NCBI GenBank assembly: GCA_035532555.1
Contig: DATKQS010000006.1
Coordinates: 9,380 to 73,379 of the forward strand
DNA length: 64,000 nucleotides
Direction: 5' to 3'
Source: Thermoplasmata archaeon
Lineage (GTDB): Archaea > Thermoplasmatota > Thermoplasmata > Lutacidiplasmatales > UBA184
Of this stretch, positions 62,789 to 64,000 are shown one piece after another. The notes under the pieces were generated by a model. It made no database searches. It was not told the origin of the DNA and saw only the letters and a list, made by a program, of their open reading frames with translations. Position 1 is the first letter of the stretch. Each line of letters starts with the position of its first letter. Made by a program: the position numbers and the translations under genes.

Positions 62789-63304
62789 GTGAAATGCCCG
62801 ATGCCGCCCGAAGGCTCCGAGGAGCTCCGCCCGATCGCTTCCCTCCTGGCACGCATTGGAGGGGTCCTGATCCTTCTCGGGGGTCTGCTCACGCTGATCT
62901 TCGCGGCGGTCAACTACTACCCCGGGTACCGGCCCGGCCCGGTGGACCACTCCTTCTGGGGGGGCCTCATCGTCGGCTTCATCGCCGTCATCCTGGGGTT
63001 CGTAATCTTCGCTCTCGGCGAGCGCCTGAAGCCCGGCCACTCCGATGTGGTCCTTTGGAGCGTGGTGATCGTGGCCCTCGCCGCGATCAGCCTCGCCGCA
63101 GAGGGTTGGTTCACGGCGATCGGGTTCATCTTCGCCCTGATCGCGGGGATCCTCGGGATCATCTGGGCCGTGATCCAGACCTCGGGGACTCCTCCCCCGG
63201 TGCCCCCGATGCTGTACGCGCGCGCCTGTCTGTCGTGCGGAGCGCTCAACTCGGGCTCGGCCGCCTACTGCCAGAGCTGCGGGAAACCGCTCAATCGGCC
63301 GTAG
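62789..63304 (+). CDS. Membrane-anchored zinc-ribbon protein, tandem paralog
   Basis: 171 aa with the same architecture and conserved blocks (IFALIAGILGIIWAV vs ILALVGGILAILWKP); ...RACLSCGALNSGSAAYCQSCGKPLNRP. Confidence 0.6.
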   Translation: MKCPMPPEGSEELRPIASLLARIGGVLILLGGLLTLIFAAVNYYPGYRPGPVDHSFWGGLIVGFIAVILGFVIFALGERLKPGHSDVVLWSVVIVALAAISLAAEGWFTAIGFIFALIAGILGIIWAVIQTSGTPPPVPPMLYARACLSCGALNSGSAAYCQSCGKPLNRP

Positions 63305-63314
63305 GAGCTCCGGC

Positions 63315-63629
63315 GTGACGCCTCGGTCCTCATCGGTCTCCCCCGTGTACGAGACCGTGCGCCTCTGCTCGGGGAAGGGATCCTACGAGGCTCTTCCTCG
63401 GAGGGGCTATACCTTCGATCTCGAGCGCGCGCGCCACCTACTGGAATCGGAGGGGATCCCCGTCACCAACGCGCGTGTGATGCTGATCGTCTCGACGAAA
63501 CCGGAGATTACCCTGAGCCGCAATGGGCGGATCCTGATCAAGACCCGGGACCCCCGTGAGGCGGAACGCGCCCTCGACTCCCTCTTGGAGCATCTCCGGC
63601 TGCCGGGGCGGGCTTCCCGGTCAGGTTAA
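63315..63629 (+). CDS. Hypothetical small protein
   Basis: 104 aa; predicted mixed alpha/beta (…ARVMLIVSTKPEITLSRNGRILIKTRDPREAERALDSLLEHL); no recognisable motif; sits upstream of the thiolase. Confidence 0.35.
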   Translation: MTPRSSSVSPVYETVRLCSGKGSYEALPRRGYTFDLERARHLLESEGIPVTNARVMLIVSTKPEITLSRNGRILIKTRDPREAERALDSLLEHLRLPGRASRSG

Positions 63630-63665
63630 AGACCCGAACGTTCTCGTACGATCCCCGAGGGATCG

Positions 63666-64000
63666 ATGCGCGAGACGTGGGTCGTCGCAGCCGCTTCCAA
63701 CCGGTACGGCAAGATGAAGGAGAGCGGCCGGGAGGCCGCCACGCGCGTCGCCTGGGAAGCGATCGAGCGCTCGGGCCTTGCCCCGAAGGACATCGGCTAC
63801 ACGTTCGTCTCGAACGCCTTCGGAGTGGCCGAGCGCCAAGCCCATGTCGGGCCGCTCATCAACACCTCGCTCGGGATCCCGGACGTGCCGTCGTGCACGA
63901 TCGAATCCGCCTGTTCGAGCTCGAGCGCCGGGCTCCACGAGGCGTTCGTCCACGTGGCGGGAGGCTTCGCCGACGCGGCGCTCGTCGTGGGCGTCGAGAA
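63666..64000 (+). CDS. Thiolase (acetyl-CoA acetyltransferase / 3-ketoacyl-CoA thiolase-like), 3'-truncated by window end
   Basis: N-terminal thiolase block with the active-site Cys region (...VPSCTIESACSSSSAGLHEAF...). Confidence 0.8.
   Translation, partial: MRETWVVAAASNRYGKMKESGREAATRVAWEAIERSGLAPKDIGYTFVSNAFGVAERQAHVGPLINTSLGIPDVPSCTIESACSSSSAGLHEAFVHVAGGFADAALVVGVE

Noticed and set aside
1-64000. CRISPR arrays, rRNA genes, prophage or integrase genes
   Set aside because: A scan of all intergenic gaps found no direct-repeat/spacer periodicity, no rRNA-like conserved blocks, and no integrase/recombinase/terminase ORFs. The only mobile-element signals are the TnpB element and the TnpB remnant.

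Overview
This 64 kb window is a high-GC, Arg-rich coding segment that I assign to an archaeal chromosome. The archaeal call rests on proteasome alpha, TBP, Orc1/Cdc6, a class I archaeal CCA-adding enzyme, RNase P Rpp21, membrane LonB, Tsr3 and an archaeal-type GluRS. Roughly 65 genes are packed tightly, many with 4-nt ATGA/GTGA overlaps. Gene content: bacterial-type uvrA-uvrC; proteasome alpha; folD; a complete pst operon (phoU-like, pstS, pstC, pstA, pstB, phoU); a NikR/HoxN nickel module; a NitT/TauT-like ABC transporter; two CDF and two MFS transporters; moaA; a gltD-like oxidoreductase; lipA; orc1/cdc6; tmk; tbp; cca; gltX; and an M2 (ACE-like) peptidase. Four tRNAs are present: Thr-CGU, Ala-CGC, Leu-CAA and a Gln-CUG that appears to carry a 34-nt non-canonical intron in the T-loop. 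Mobile DNA: one solo IS200/IS605-family TnpB (RuvC D/E/D triad intact) inserted in the divergent folD/lonB promoter region, plus a decayed TnpB C-terminal fragment sitting next to a VapBC toxin-antitoxin pair and tRNA-Ala. I found no CRISPR array, no rRNA and no obvious replication origin. Because of the high GC there are many long antisense ORFs in the six-frame track, which I treat as artefacts. Coordinates I read directly from the sequence (tRNAs, motifs) may be off by 1-2 nt.
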